A stretch of 64,000 bases of DNA from Arcobacteraceae bacterium (GCA_048268245.1 JBLWVX010000003.1:32001-96000), one strand, 5' to 3'. Positions 29,469 to 40,232 are shown, numbered from the stretch's first letter. Made by a program: numbers and translations. The notes: generated by a model not told the origin, from the letters alone.

Positions 29469-31106
29469 ATGGAAACAAATTACAGTAAAAATAAGCTATT
29501 TAAAAAAGTATATGTTCTTCTTTTTTTAGGAATCACATTGATTACTATTATTTTTGCTGCAATTGGAGTGTCTTTACAGAAAAAAGCAGTTTTAGAACTT
29601 ATGCAGTCAGAAGCTAAAAGTTTAGCTCAATCTATTACTTTTGTAATCTCTAAATCTTTGTTAATTGATGATGATTCATCAATTATTGATTTTAATAAAC
29701 AATACATAAAAAAAGCAGATAAAGTTAAAAATATAATAATTTCAAAATCAAATGGAAAAGATTACTTTATAATTAGAAAAGAGTCTTGGGAACATAGACA
29801 AAATATTAGTGAAACCTTTACAAATATGCAAAAGAATATACCTACAAACTCTATGATTTATTCAGCATTTTTAAATGAAGAAGTTTTTCATTATGTATAT
29901 CCTATGCAAATATCAGGAATTACATGGGGTTGGCTTCATATTAGTTTAGATTTAAAGAAATATTATGAAAAGTTAGAACATCTTTATGCTCAATATTTAG
30001 TACTGTTTTTATCTTTTACATTTTTAGCTTTTGTAATTTCTTTTTATATAGCTAGAACTTTTGTTAGACCTATTGTAGAACTTAATAAAACAGTATCTCA
30101 AGTAAGCTCTGATAATTTAGATGTTATAAAAGTTGATAATGTTAGTAATGATGAGGTAGGAGAGTTAACGAAAGCTTTTAACTCGATGATTTCACAGTTA
30201 AGTATCTCTCAAAAAAGTCTTAAAAAATACCAAGCAGATTTAGAAAAAAGAGTACAAGAAAGAACAGCTGATTTAGAAAAAGCAAACAAAAGTTTAAATG
30301 AAAAATCAGAACAACTAGAAGAGTTAAATAGAAACCTTGATACAAAAGTAAAAAAAGAGATTGAGAAAAGAAAAGAGCAAGAAGAAATGCTTTTACAGCA
30401 ATCAAGACTTGCTGCAATGGGTGAAATGGTAGGAAATATTGCTCACCAATGGAGACAACCTTTAAATGCTTTAGGAATTATTATTCAAAATATTGATTTA
30501 TCTTATAAAATAGGTAAATTAAATGAAGAGTTTATGAAAAAATCAATTGATGAGTCTTTAGATTTAACTACTATGATGTCAAAAACTATTGATGATTTTA
30601 GAAATTTCTTTATACCAAATAAGAAAAAAGAGAATTTTTTACTTCATGAGAGTTTAAATAGCTCATTAGAGTTAATTGGTTCTACATTTAAAAACTATAA
30701 TATTAGTGTGAAAAGAGATATTGACAAAGGCTTAGAGGTTTTTGGTTTTCCAAATGAGTTTGCTCAAGCTTTACTAAATATTTTGTCAAATGCAAAAGAT
30801 GCTTTAATCGAAAAAAGAGTTGCTAAACCTGAAGTTTGTGTGAAGCTAAAAAAATATGAAGACATAGGAAAAATATTTATAAGTGATAATGCTGGTGGAA
30901 TAGATGATGAAGTAATGCTTAAAATATTTGAACCATATTTCACTACAAAAGAGCAAGGGAAAGGTACAGGAATTGGTCTTTATATGTCAAAAATGATTAT
31001 TGAACAAAATATGAAAGGTAAAATTTATGCTAGAAATATAGATAATGGTGTAAGTTTTATAATTGAAATACCTTTAAAACAAAAAGATGAAGGAAAAACT
31101 ATTTAA
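29469..31106 (+). CDS. Sensor histidine kinase (2 TM, periplasmic sensor, HAMP, HisKA, HATPase)
   Basis: DEVGEL..AFNSM (HAMP), IAHQWRQPL, N.LSNA.DA, DNAGGI, FEPYFTTK, GTGIGL. Confidence 0.95.
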   Translation: METNYSKNKLFKKVYVLLFLGITLITIIFAAIGVSLQKKAVLELMQSEAKSLAQSITFVISKSLLIDDDSSIIDFNKQYIKKADKVKNIIISKSNGKDYFIIRKESWEHRQNISETFTNMQKNIPTNSMIYSAFLNEEVFHYVYPMQISGITWGWLHISLDLKKYYEKLEHLYAQYLVLFLSFTFLAFVISFYIARTFVRPIVELNKTVSQVSSDNLDVIKVDNVSNDEVGELTKAFNSMISQLSISQKSLKKYQADLEKRVQERTADLEKANKSLNEKSEQLEELNRNLDTKVKKEIEKRKEQEEMLLQQSRLAAMGEMVGNIAHQWRQPLNALGIIIQNIDLSYKIGKLNEEFMKKSIDESLDLTTMMSKTIDDFRNFFIPNKKKENFLLHESLNSSLELIGSTFKNYNISVKRDIDKGLEVFGFPNEFAQALLNILSNAKDALIEKRVAKPEVCVKLKKYEDIGKIFISDNAGGIDDEVMLKIFEPYFTTKEQGKGTGIGLYMSKMIIEQNMKGKIYARNIDNGVSFIIEIPLKQKDEGKTI

Positions 31107-32070
31107 TTAGTTTTACTGTATCTTTTGTTTTAGTTCCTATAATTTTTAGTTGAAATTCAAATTGATCATAATCACCATTAATTTTTTTATATGTTGTACT
31201 TGGATTTGCTAAAAGTTCAACTTCTATGAATTTATTAATCAATAGATTATCAGCTGTACTTCCACACTCAAATAGTGCCATGTGCATTCTCGCACCTGTT
31301 AAATCGTAAGAGTTTTCTAAATTTTTAAAAGATTGACTTATTTGTTTTGGGTCATTATTTTGTTCCTTTGTTAAAGAATCAACCATAGGAACACAAAAGT
31401 CATTATATATATCTGTATCTAAAACCGACTGATCATTTCTTATAAAACCATCATCAGTATAAAAATATTTTATATCATTTTTAAAGTGTGACCAATTTGA
31501 ATTCCCTGATGCGGTACAAGCATTTCCTAAATCAACTCCATAAAATTCATCATAATCTGTATCTGTATATCCTCTATGACCACTTAAATTAAATGTTATT
31601 ATATTGCCTTTAAATAAATGTGAATTATCACATCCATTTATTCCAAATGGTGATAAGTCTGATGTCTCTGTTAAGTCTGCTATTATTGCTACAGAGCTTG
31701 TACTTAAATCAAAGCTTGCTAAATCAAGGAATTTATACCAAAAAGTTTCATGTGTGTAATTTGGAAGTGAAACTGTTACTGTATAAGGGTCAGATATAAA
31801 ATCCCAAGTATATGTGATTTCATCTTTTATTTGTGCACCTAATGGAGTTTGAGCTAGTATATCATTTGCAATAGTTTCAGCATTAGTTGTATCCATATCA
31901 ACATCAATATAGTACTTTGCAGCACTTAATGCAGCATTATCTGTTAAAGCTTTAAGCTTATAATATTTATTTCTAGCTTCAATATCATCTAGTATAGTCG
32001 CACCTATAATTATAAGGGTTGCAAAAAGAAAAATCCCTAACATAATTTGATCAATAAATGCTTTTTTCAT
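31099..32070 (-). CDS. TadG-like pilus protein (candidate tip adhesin)
   Basis: MKKA-F leader, hydrophobic helix, L..LTDNAALSAA (Tad domain motif), C-terminal domain with four Cys. Confidence 0.75.
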   Translation of the reverse strand: MKKAFIDQIMLGIFLFATLIIIGATILDDIEARNKYYKLKALTDNAALSAAKYYIDVDMDTTNAETIANDILAQTPLGAQIKDEITYTWDFISDPYTVTVSLPNYTHETFWYKFLDLASFDLSTSSVAIIADLTETSDLSPFGINGCDNSHLFKGNIITFNLSGHRGYTDTDYDEFYGVDLGNACTASGNSNWSHFKNDIKYFYTDDGFIRNDQSVLDTDIYNDFCVPMVDSLTKEQNNDPKQISQSFKNLENSYDLTGARMHMALFECGSTADNLLINKFIEVELLANPSTTYKKINGDYDQFEFQLKIIGTKTKDTVKLIK

Positions 32071-32258
32071 GACTATCCTTTCTTTATATATTATAGCATA
32101 TAATTATTGATTTTCTAAATATTCTAATCTATTTGATTTGTTATAAATAACTTAAGTAAAGTCATAAAAACAGAATAAATAAGTATAAATAATTTTTAGT
32201 AAAGATGATGAGTTTTTATTAAAATCTACTATTAATTTAATTAAGATATAATATCAAA

Positions 32259-33692
32259 ATGAAAAAGATATTGATAATTTTAGACGGTATTGTTGCTAAG
32301 AAATTGATGCATAGAATTGTTGAAGCTAACACAAATGAAAATGCATATGATGTAATTTACATGAGTGATTTAATACTACCTGTTCAAAAGCCTTCAAACT
32401 TTACTTTTTATAAATTTGATCCAACTTCAAAATCTAAATTATCTATGGTTTTAGATAAAAATATTCATACAGAAGTTTTAATTGCACTTAATTCAAAAGA
32501 TGAGATGATAAGTGTAATAAAAAACATTAAAGAACATAAACAAAATCTTCAAATGAATGTTCTTGACTATTGGGGTTTAGAAGTAGATGATCCTTATGTA
32601 AATATTTATAAAGGTATTGAAGTTTTAGCAAATGGAATGGTTGAAAGACTACCGAATATTCCCATTGTTGCCCAAAATATTGGTCTTAAGCAAGGTGAAA
32701 TAATGGAGATTCGAATTCCATTTGGTAGTTCTTATGCTTATAGATATATAGGTTCAATTGAGCAAAAAAAATGGAAAATTTTTGCTTTATATAGAAACCA
32801 ACAACTTCTTACTATTAAACCCTCACTTGTACTAAAACCAAATGATGTGATTTTAGTAGTTGGTAAACCTTATGTTTTAATGCAAGTATTCAATGCAATT
32901 GGTAAAAACCAAGGGCAATTCCCTATGCCGTTTGGACATAATATTTATTTATATTTAGATTTATATTTACAAACAGAACAGAGTGTAAGAAAAGCTATTT
33001 TAGAAGCTAAATTTTTGAATCAAAGATTAAAAAATAGAAATTTAATAGTAAGAATCACAAGACCTACAACTGTTGGTATTATGAACTTCATCAAAGATGA
33101 ATTAAGACATTTTCCTTCAATTACATTAAGAATTGATTATGGGAATATGGGAATCTTTAAAATACTAAGAGAAGATTTTAGAAAATATGATATAGGTATG
33201 ATTATTTTAACTCAAGAGATGTTCAAAAATAAAGAAGCAATATCTAGTTTAATTGATTTTAAAGTACCTATTTTTAAACTAGGAAAAGAGAAGTTAAAAT
33301 CTGTAAAAAGTACAGTAGTAGTTTTAAATGATACTCCATCTTATGAGCAAATATCTCCTATGGTTTTTGATGTGGCAAGTCAAGTAAAAACAAAAACAAA
33401 AATTTTTGATTTAGACCCAGTTGGTGAAGAAGAAGATAAATCAAATCTTTTAGACCATTTTGAGAATCTTGCGAAAATTTTTAATGAAAAAGTTGAGATT
33501 ATTTCAAGTAGTGAGAACCCAATAAGAAAACTAAAAAAACAAAAAAATATGCTTCAAATTTTACCATTGAAAAAAGAGATGTTTAAAAAAAGGTTCTCTT
33601 TTAAGTATATTTATACAAATTCAGACTTTATATCGTTTGATATGAACCAATATAATCAACTTCTAATTCCAGTTGTTGAAGAGCAAAATTAA
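32259..33692 (+). CDS. COG3400-type protein with TrkA-C (RCK_C) domain
   Basis: AQNIGL.QGEIME..IPFGSSYAYR, ND.ILVVG.P, GQFP.PFG. Confidence 0.8.
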   Translation: MKKILIILDGIVAKKLMHRIVEANTNENAYDVIYMSDLILPVQKPSNFTFYKFDPTSKSKLSMVLDKNIHTEVLIALNSKDEMISVIKNIKEHKQNLQMNVLDYWGLEVDDPYVNIYKGIEVLANGMVERLPNIPIVAQNIGLKQGEIMEIRIPFGSSYAYRYIGSIEQKKWKIFALYRNQQLLTIKPSLVLKPNDVILVVGKPYVLMQVFNAIGKNQGQFPMPFGHNIYLYLDLYLQTEQSVRKAILEAKFLNQRLKNRNLIVRITRPTTVGIMNFIKDELRHFPSITLRIDYGNMGIFKILREDFRKYDIGMIILTQEMFKNKEAISSLIDFKVPIFKLGKEKLKSVKSTVVVLNDTPSYEQISPMVFDVASQVKTKTKIFDLDPVGEEEDKSNLLDHFENLAKIFNEKVEIISSSENPIRKLKKQKNMLQILPLKKEMFKKRFSFKYIYTNSDFISFDMNQYNQLLIPVVEEQN

Positions 33693-33711
33693 ATTAAGGA
33701 TAAGTTTTATA

Positions 33712-34848
33712 ATGAATTTTGAAAAATACCCTTTTGAAAGGTTAAATGAACTATTAGCTGATGTAGTTCCAAATGAAGAATATGAATTATCAGCATTAAC
33801 TATAGGTGAGCCAAAGTTTGAAACACCTGGATTTATTCAAGAGACTTTAAAAGAAACAACATCTTCTTTAAAAAAATATCCTGCAAGTGCAGGTTTACCT
33901 GAGTTAAAACAAGCAATGGCAAATTTTGTAAAAGAGAGATTTGATGTTGATATTAAGCAAAGTGAAGTAATACCTACATTTGGTACAAGAGAAGCACTTT
34001 TTAATTTCCCACAATTTGCTCTTTTTGACAAAAAAAATCCAGTTATGGCGTTTACAAATCCTTTTTATCAGATTTATGAAGGAGCAGCAATTGCAAGTAG
34101 AGCTGAAGTTATTCATATAGATTTAACAAAAGAGAATAACTTTAAAGCCCAACTTAGTGATGAAGAGTTAAAAAGATGTGATTTAGTAATTTTAAATTTC
34201 CCAAATAATCCAACATCTGCTGAAATGACAAAAGAAGAGTTAGGGATATGGGTTAAAAAAGCTTTAGAGTTTGATTTTATTTTAATCAATGATGAGTGTT
34301 ATTCTGAAATATATTTTGATGAAAAAGATAAACCAGCTTCACTTTTAGAAGCAAGTATTGCAGTTGGAAATACAAGTTTTAAAAATGTACTTGTAATGAA
34401 CTCTATTTCAAAAAGAAGTTCAGCACCAGGTCTTAGATCAGGTTTTGTAGCAGGTGATGAAGAGATTTTAAAAGCTTATATGAAGTATAGAACTTATATA
34501 GGGTGTGCTTCTCCTATACCTTTACAAATAACTGCTGCAGTTGCTTGGAATAATAAAGAGCATGTTGATGAGTTTAGAGCAGTGTACAAAGAAAACTTTG
34601 AACTTGCAAAAGAGATTTTAGGAATAAACCCTCCAAAAGCAACTTTTTATATTTGGCTTGAAGTAAAAGATGAATTAGAGTTTACAAAAGAGCTTTACAG
34701 ACAAAAACATATAAAAGTTTTACCAGGAAGTTTCTTAGGAAGAAATGGTATTGGTAAAGGATATGTAAGAATTGCATTAGTTGAAAATGCGCAAAAAACT
34801 AAAGAGGTATTAACAAGATTAAAGGATTTTATTGATGGACAAAAATGA
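33712..34848 (+). CDS. dapC: Succinyldiaminopimelate transaminase (class I/II PLP aminotransferase)
   Basis: YPFERL, LTIGEP, GTREALF, NPFYQIYEGAA, SISKRSSAPGLRSG. ATG 33712 follows an AAGGA RBS. Confidence 0.88.
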   Translation: MNFEKYPFERLNELLADVVPNEEYELSALTIGEPKFETPGFIQETLKETTSSLKKYPASAGLPELKQAMANFVKERFDVDIKQSEVIPTFGTREALFNFPQFALFDKKNPVMAFTNPFYQIYEGAAIASRAEVIHIDLTKENNFKAQLSDEELKRCDLVILNFPNNPTSAEMTKEELGIWVKKALEFDFILINDECYSEIYFDEKDKPASLLEASIAVGNTSFKNVLVMNSISKRSSAPGLRSGFVAGDEEILKAYMKYRTYIGCASPIPLQITAAVAWNNKEHVDEFRAVYKENFELAKEILGINPPKATFYIWLEVKDELEFTKELYRQKHIKVLPGSFLGRNGIGKGYVRIALVENAQKTKEVLTRLKDFIDGQK

Positions 34849-35416
34849 GTTAAATGAAGCAAGAACTAACCCTGAGTTTCTAAAATATTTGGAAGAAACT
34901 AGAGTTTCATCTATGGAAAATAAAAATATTTCAGCGATGTATGAAACACTTGATTCTATGCTTGTTCTTGGTTTAGATGAAGAAAAAATAAACTCTTTAT
35001 ATGAAGTTATTTTAAGAACTGCATTTGAAAATGTAGAAAAAATAGTAAATGAGAATAAAAAACTTGATTTAGTTGATAATAACTTACTATATGTAAGAGC
35101 TTTTTATGAACATGCAATTGAGAAATGGTCATACGATAACTTTGATGGAGCAAAAGAGTTAGTTTTTGTTTTAGCTAATATTATTGATGATGAAATTTTA
35201 GAGCAAGCATTAAATGTACTTTTAGTAGTTCTTGCTAAGAAAATCTCTTTAGATGACTTTTATGAAACAGAAGTAAATTTAGATACAAACAGTTCAAATG
35301 AAAAGTATGGATATTTTTTAGTTGACTTTAAATTTATTCCAAACAAGTTCTTAGAAGAGAATAAAGAGCTTTTACAAGAGCAATATAAAAAACTACAACC
35401 TTTACTGGATGCCTAG
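34835..35416 (+). CDS. Hypothetical helical protein
   Basis: Acidic ORF translationally coupled between dapC and murC. Confidence 0.75.
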   Translation: MDKNELNEARTNPEFLKYLEETRVSSMENKNISAMYETLDSMLVLGLDEEKINSLYEVILRTAFENVEKIVNENKKLDLVDNNLLYVRAFYEHAIEKWSYDNFDGAKELVFVLANIIDDEILEQALNVLLVVLAKKISLDDFYETEVNLDTNSSNEKYGYFLVDFKFIPNKFLEENKELLQEQYKKLQPLLDA

Positions 35417-36721
35417 ATGAAAGTTCATTTTATTGGAATAGGTGGAATAGGACTTTCAGCCTTAGCTAGATTTTTAAAAAATGATGGTCATGAAGTATGT
35501 GGTTCGGATATGAAAAGTACTCCTATTACTAAAGAGTTAGAATGTGAGGGAATAAAAGTTTCATGTCCTCAGAATGCTTCAAATATTAGTGATGATTTAG
35601 ATTTAGTAATTTACTCAGCAGCAGTTACTGATGAAAATCCAGAGTTAATTGAGTCTAGACTTAAGCAAATTAGAACACTTTCAAGAAAAGAAGCCTTACC
35701 TATTATCTTAGGAGATAAAAAGAACTATTGTGTTGCAGGTGCCCATGGTAAATCAACTACGACAGCTATTTTGGCTTCTATTTTAGATAGTTCAGCATTA
35801 ATTGGTGCAATTTCAAAAGATTTTGGATCAAACTTTAGATATGTAAATGATTTAGTTACTTTTGAAGCAGATGAATCAGATGCTTCTTTTTTACTTTCAA
35901 ATCCTTACTGTTCAATTGTAACAAATGCAGAGCCTGAACATATGGAATACTATCAATATGATTATGATAAGTTTTTTCAAGCTTATGAAAAGTTTATAAA
36001 CTTAGGTGAGAGAAATGTACTAAATGGTGAAGATGAGTATATCAAAAAACTAAATATTAAAAATCCAAACTTTTTATATCCAAGTGCTGATATTAAAAAC
36101 TTATGTTTTTTACTAAAAGATGGAGAGCCTTTTACGAAATTTGATTTAAAAGACTTAGGTTCTTTTGAAGTTTGGGGTTTTGGTTATCATATTGCTTTAG
36201 ATGCTTCACTTGCTATTTTAGCAGCCCTAGAAGAGTTAGATGTAGAAACTATTAGAAAAAACCTTTTAAACTATAAAGGGATTAAAAAAAGATTTGATAT
36301 CGTTCAAAAACATGATAATATGGTAGTAATTGATGATTATGCCCATCATCCAACAGAAATCGAAGCTACTATGAAATCAGTTGAAGTTTATGACAATCTT
36401 ACAAATTTAGATAAAAGAATTGTGATTTGGCAACCTCATAAATACTCAAGAACACATGATAATTTAGAAGGTTTTAAAAGATGTTTTAGAAGATGTGATG
36501 AGTTAATAATACTTCCTATTTGGACAATTCCAGGTGAGGTTGTACTTGATATAGACTTTCAAAAAGAGTTTGCATCATACAATCCTACTTTTGTTGATAG
36601 ACTAAAAACAAGTGATGGAAAGATTGAACTTATTAAAGATGATAAGATTATTTCTGTTTTAGATGAAGGAATAATTTTAGGAGTTGGAGCAGGAGATATT
36701 ACTTATCAGTTAAGACATTGA
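35417..36721 (+). CDS. murC: UDP-N-acetylmuramate--L-alanine ligase
   Basis: HFIGIGGIG, GAHGKSTTT, EADESD, DDYAHHPTEI, QPHKYSR. Confidence 0.97.
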   Translation: MKVHFIGIGGIGLSALARFLKNDGHEVCGSDMKSTPITKELECEGIKVSCPQNASNISDDLDLVIYSAAVTDENPELIESRLKQIRTLSRKEALPIILGDKKNYCVAGAHGKSTTTAILASILDSSALIGAISKDFGSNFRYVNDLVTFEADESDASFLLSNPYCSIVTNAEPEHMEYYQYDYDKFFQAYEKFINLGERNVLNGEDEYIKKLNIKNPNFLYPSADIKNLCFLLKDGEPFTKFDLKDLGSFEVWGFGYHIALDASLAILAALEELDVETIRKNLLNYKGIKKRFDIVQKHDNMVVIDDYAHHPTEIEATMKSVEVYDNLTNLDKRIVIWQPHKYSRTHDNLEGFKRCFRRCDELIILPIWTIPGEVVLDIDFQKEFASYNPTFVDRLKTSDGKIELIKDDKIISVLDEGIILGVGAGDITYQLRH

Positions 36722-36800
36722 TTTGTTTTTTAACTAAAAATAAACATTTTTGTAATAGAATGATAACTAAAACCAACTATTTTAAAAAGGTGGAAATAAA

Positions 36801-37994
36801 ATGAAGGTTTTAGTTAGAAAATTTTTAAAAAATGAGTCTACCTCAGGTATTATATTAATGATAGTAACCTGTATTGCTTTGATTTTTAGTAATACATTTT
36901 TATCTGAATTTTATAATACCTTTTTACATACGCCAATTGTATTTAAAGTTGGTGATTTCTTAGATATATCAAAGCCCTTAATTCTTTGGGTAAATGATGG
37001 TTTAATGGCTATTTTCTTTTTACTTATTGGTTTAGAAATAAAAAGAGAGTTGATCTTAGGGCATTTATCCTCCTTTTCAAAAATAGCTCTTCCTGGTATT
37101 GCTGCAATTGGAGGGATGTTAGTTCCTGCACTATTTTTTGTTTTTTTTAATTATAATGATGATTTTGCTCTTAGGGGTTGGGCAATACCAACTGCTACAG
37201 ATATCGCTTTTGCATTGGGAATTGTAGCTCTTCTTGGAAATAGGGTACCAACTTCTCTTAAAATATTTTTGATGGCATTAGCTATATTTGATGATTTAGG
37301 TGCAATTTTAATTATTGCATTTTTCTATACTTCATCGCTATCTTTTGAATCATTGGCGTTAGCTTTATTTACTGTTGTTATTTTATATTTAATGAACAAA
37401 ATGCAAATTAAGCTTATCGGAGCATATTTAATTGTAGGTGTATTCTTATGGATATTTATTTTAAAATCAGGTGTTCATGCAACTTTAACAGGTATTATAT
37501 TAGCCTTTGCCATACCTTTAAATATGATAGATGAAGAAAAACATAAAAGAATCTCACCAGTAAAAACTTTACAACATCATATACATTTTTGGGTTGCTTT
37601 TTATGTTTTACCTATATTTGCTTTTGTAAATGCAGGAATTGATTTAAGGGATATGTCAATAGAGAAGATTTCAAATCCTGTTTCTTTAGGAATTATATTA
37701 GGTCTATTTTTAGGAAAGCAAATAGGGGTATTAACTTTTACTTATCTTGCAGTAAAACTAAAACTTGCAAAGCTTCCAAAATGTACAACTTGGATTCAAA
37801 TATATGGAATATCAGTATTAACTGGTATTGGGTTTACAATGAGTCTATTTATTGACTCACTAGCATATAGTGATTCTGATGCCTTTTTCTATACAGATAA
37901 ACTAGCTATTTTAATTGGTTCAGTTTTATCAGGAGTGTTAGGTTATTTAGTTTTAAGAATGACAAAAAGTAAAAAGCACTGTAGTGTAGACTAG
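36801..37994 (+). CDS. nhaA: Na+/H+ antiporter NhaA
   Basis: WVNDGLM, GLEIKRE, GWAIPTATDIAF, LAIFDD, SGVHAT, GIGFTMSLFI. Confidence 0.97.
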   Translation: MKVLVRKFLKNESTSGIILMIVTCIALIFSNTFLSEFYNTFLHTPIVFKVGDFLDISKPLILWVNDGLMAIFFLLIGLEIKRELILGHLSSFSKIALPGIAAIGGMLVPALFFVFFNYNDDFALRGWAIPTATDIAFALGIVALLGNRVPTSLKIFLMALAIFDDLGAILIIAFFYTSSLSFESLALALFTVVILYLMNKMQIKLIGAYLIVGVFLWIFILKSGVHATLTGIILAFAIPLNMIDEEKHKRISPVKTLQHHIHFWVAFYVLPIFAFVNAGIDLRDMSIEKISNPVSLGIILGLFLGKQIGVLTFTYLAVKLKLAKLPKCTTWIQIYGISVLTGIGFTMSLFIDSLAYSDSDAFFYTDKLAILIGSVLSGVLGYLVLRMTKSKKHCSVD

Positions 37995-38776
37995 ATAATA
38001 GCAGAGTTTTTTACTTTACTTGGAGTATAACCTACATATTTTTTAAATATTTTTATCATATGAGACTGGTCAGTAAAACCACACTCATATGCTATATGAC
38101 TAAGTGGTAAGTTTTCTTTTTGAAGTTCTCTTATTTTTACTACTTTTTTTACTTGAATATATTGATTTACAGTTAGTCCTGTATGCTTTTTAAACTCTCT
38201 TAAAAAGTGATATTTAGATAGATTAACATGTGAAGCAATATCTTCAAGTTTTAAGTCTTGTCTGTATATATTTTCTTCTATATATTTAAAAGTCTCTTCT
38301 ATTTTGTTTTTATTTAAAGTAGAATTTTTAATCTCTTCTTGTTTTATGAGTGAGTGATATTGAAGTAGATTTTCTATCAAGTTTATAAGATTACTATCAA
38401 TTAAAATTTCATTTTCATTCTCTTTATCTAAGCTTTCATATAGCTCTTTAAATAGCATAATTGTCACTTCATCTTTTATAATATTTTCTAAATTAATGTT
38501 AAAATCTATTTCTTTTTGAAGTACAATTTTTGCTGTTTGTTCAAAAATATCTTTAGGAATTATTATGTTTAAATGTGACCAGGTACTTTTTTGAGTACTG
38601 TGGTATTCAAAAGGATTGATTATTTGAAGTGAGTTCTTCTTAGCATGTAAAGTGCCTTTTTCATTTACAAAAGTATGCACTCCCTCGTATACTAAACTTA
38701 TCGTATACTCTTCATGGAAGTGCTTATGCATAGTTATATCTTTAAAATGATTGTTTATATAAAAAATCTTGGACAT
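37991..38776 (-). CDS. AraC-family transcriptional regulator (cupin sensor)
   Basis: KHFHEEY, NP.EYH; LSKYHFLR.FK; GFTDQSHM..FKK. Confidence 0.93.
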   Translation of the reverse strand: MSKIFYINNHFKDITMHKHFHEEYTISLVYEGVHTFVNEKGTLHAKKNSLQIINPFEYHSTQKSTWSHLNIIIPKDIFEQTAKIVLQKEIDFNINLENIIKDEVTIMLFKELYESLDKENENEILIDSNLINLIENLLQYHSLIKQEEIKNSTLNKNKIEETFKYIEENIYRQDLKLEDIASHVNLSKYHFLREFKKHTGLTVNQYIQVKKVVKIRELQKENLPLSHIAYECGFTDQSHMIKIFKKYVGYTPSKVKNSAII

Positions 38777-38778
38777 TT

Positions 38779-39348
38779 TTACCTTTGTAAAACTCTCTTT
38801 TTTGTATCATATACTAGTTCATAGTAATTGTTATTATTGTATTGAAATTCTTGTATTACTTCAAGTCCAAGCTTTCTTTTATGAGCTTCAAATGATCTTG
38901 GGTTTAATTTATTCACAAAAGTAACTAAGATTTCATACTTTTTTGACATATAATCAATAGCAAAATCAAATAGCTTTTCTAATACTCCTGAACCTCTTAC
39001 TTTTTTGTCTACACATACAGGACCATACTGATATGAGTTATCTACAGTAATCTTTTTGTCATTATATGTAAGGTTTGGTAAGTCTTCAATCATAAAAGCA
39101 AACATAGGCCATTTTGACCAGTACTGCCATGAAGCAGACATAACATATGCTAAAACTTCATCATTTTCATTTACTGCAATGAATATACCTTGCTCTTTAT
39201 TTATAATATCTTCTAGTTGTTCTTTAGTAAATGCAGTTGTTACAAAACCATCTTTCTTGTCATCTTCTTGTATTGAATCTATTTGATATTTATTATGTAG
39301 TTTTAAAATTGAATCAACATCTTTAATTTTGGCTACTTTTAAATGCAT
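38779..39348 (-). CDS. GNAT-family acetyltransferase
   Basis: YGPVCVDKKVRGSG acetyl-CoA motif; N.RS..AH...LG. Confidence 0.85.
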   Translation of the reverse strand: MHLKVAKIKDVDSILKLHNKYQIDSIQEDDKKDGFVTTAFTKEQLEDIINKEQGIFIAVNENDEVLAYVMSASWQYWSKWPMFAFMIEDLPNLTYNDKKITVDNSYQYGPVCVDKKVRGSGVLEKLFDFAIDYMSKKYEILVTFVNKLNPRSFEAHKRKLGLEVIQEFQYNNNNYYELVYDTKKRVLQR

Positions 39349-39415
39349 TTTAGGTCCTTAATTTTTTATGTATGATATTTAAATATAAAAAATTTATATA
39401 GTAAAATATTGCTTA

Positions 39416-40192
39416 TTATAAAACAAAAACTTTTCCATTTTTAATTTCTATTTTTCCTGATAGCTCATATTCAAAAACTTTATCATTATATTTTGCTACA
39501 GCTTCATCATATAATGGTGAACTCTGACAAAATTCCAAGAAATCATCTTTTGATGGTACTATAGAGGAAGTATTTGTAAATTCATTTATAAACTTATCTA
39601 AGTCATATATGGGTTCAATCAAACCTTTTTGAACAAGCTCTTGTGTTCCTAAGCTTTCATTTATTCTATGGGGTAGGGTATATACTTTTTTGCCCATTTC
39701 AAGTGCGTAATCAACAGAAGTAAGACTACCAGAGTTTAAATCTGCTTGTGTGACAATTAGAACTTCTCCTAAGGCTACAACTATTTCATTTCTTAGTACA
39801 AAAGTATAATTTCGTGCTTTTTGTTTTTCTTCATATGCAGATAAAACTAAACCTTTTTGTTCAATACTTGCTATTAAGTTTTTATTCACAGTAGGATATC
39901 TTATATCCAAACCATTTGCAACAACTGCTATTGTTTTATAATCTTGAGAAGCTTTATGTGCTATCGCATCAACACCCATAGCAGCACCACTTACAATAGT
40001 TGCACCATGCAAAGAGAGTTTTGAAGAGAGTTTATGAGTAAACTCTTTTGTATATGAATTGGGTTTTCTTGTACCTACTATAGAAATCATAGGAGTTTGT
40101 AGAAGTTGGGTATTTCCAATAGAAAAAAGTTGATGAGGGTACTTTTTCATATTTTTTAATTGGGGGATTTTAAAATCAATAGTTTTAATCAT
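39416..40192 (-). CDS. dprA: DNA-processing protein DprA
   Basis: SIVGTRK, VSGAAMGVDAIAH, F..RN.IV, SGSL.S. Confidence 0.94.
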   Translation of the reverse strand: MIKTIDFKIPQLKNMKKYPHQLFSIGNTQLLQTPMISIVGTRKPNSYTKEFTHKLSSKLSLHGATIVSGAAMGVDAIAHKASQDYKTIAVVANGLDIRYPTVNKNLIASIEQKGLVLSAYEEKQKARNYTFVLRNEIVVALGEVLIVTQADLNSGSLTSVDYALEMGKKVYTLPHRINESLGTQELVQKGLIEPIYDLDKFINEFTNTSSIVPSKDDFLEFCQSSPLYDEAVAKYNDKVFEYELSGKIEIKNGKVFVL

Positions 40193-40232
40193 AACAACTC
40201 TTTATAATAAAGTAAGTTATTATATCAATATT

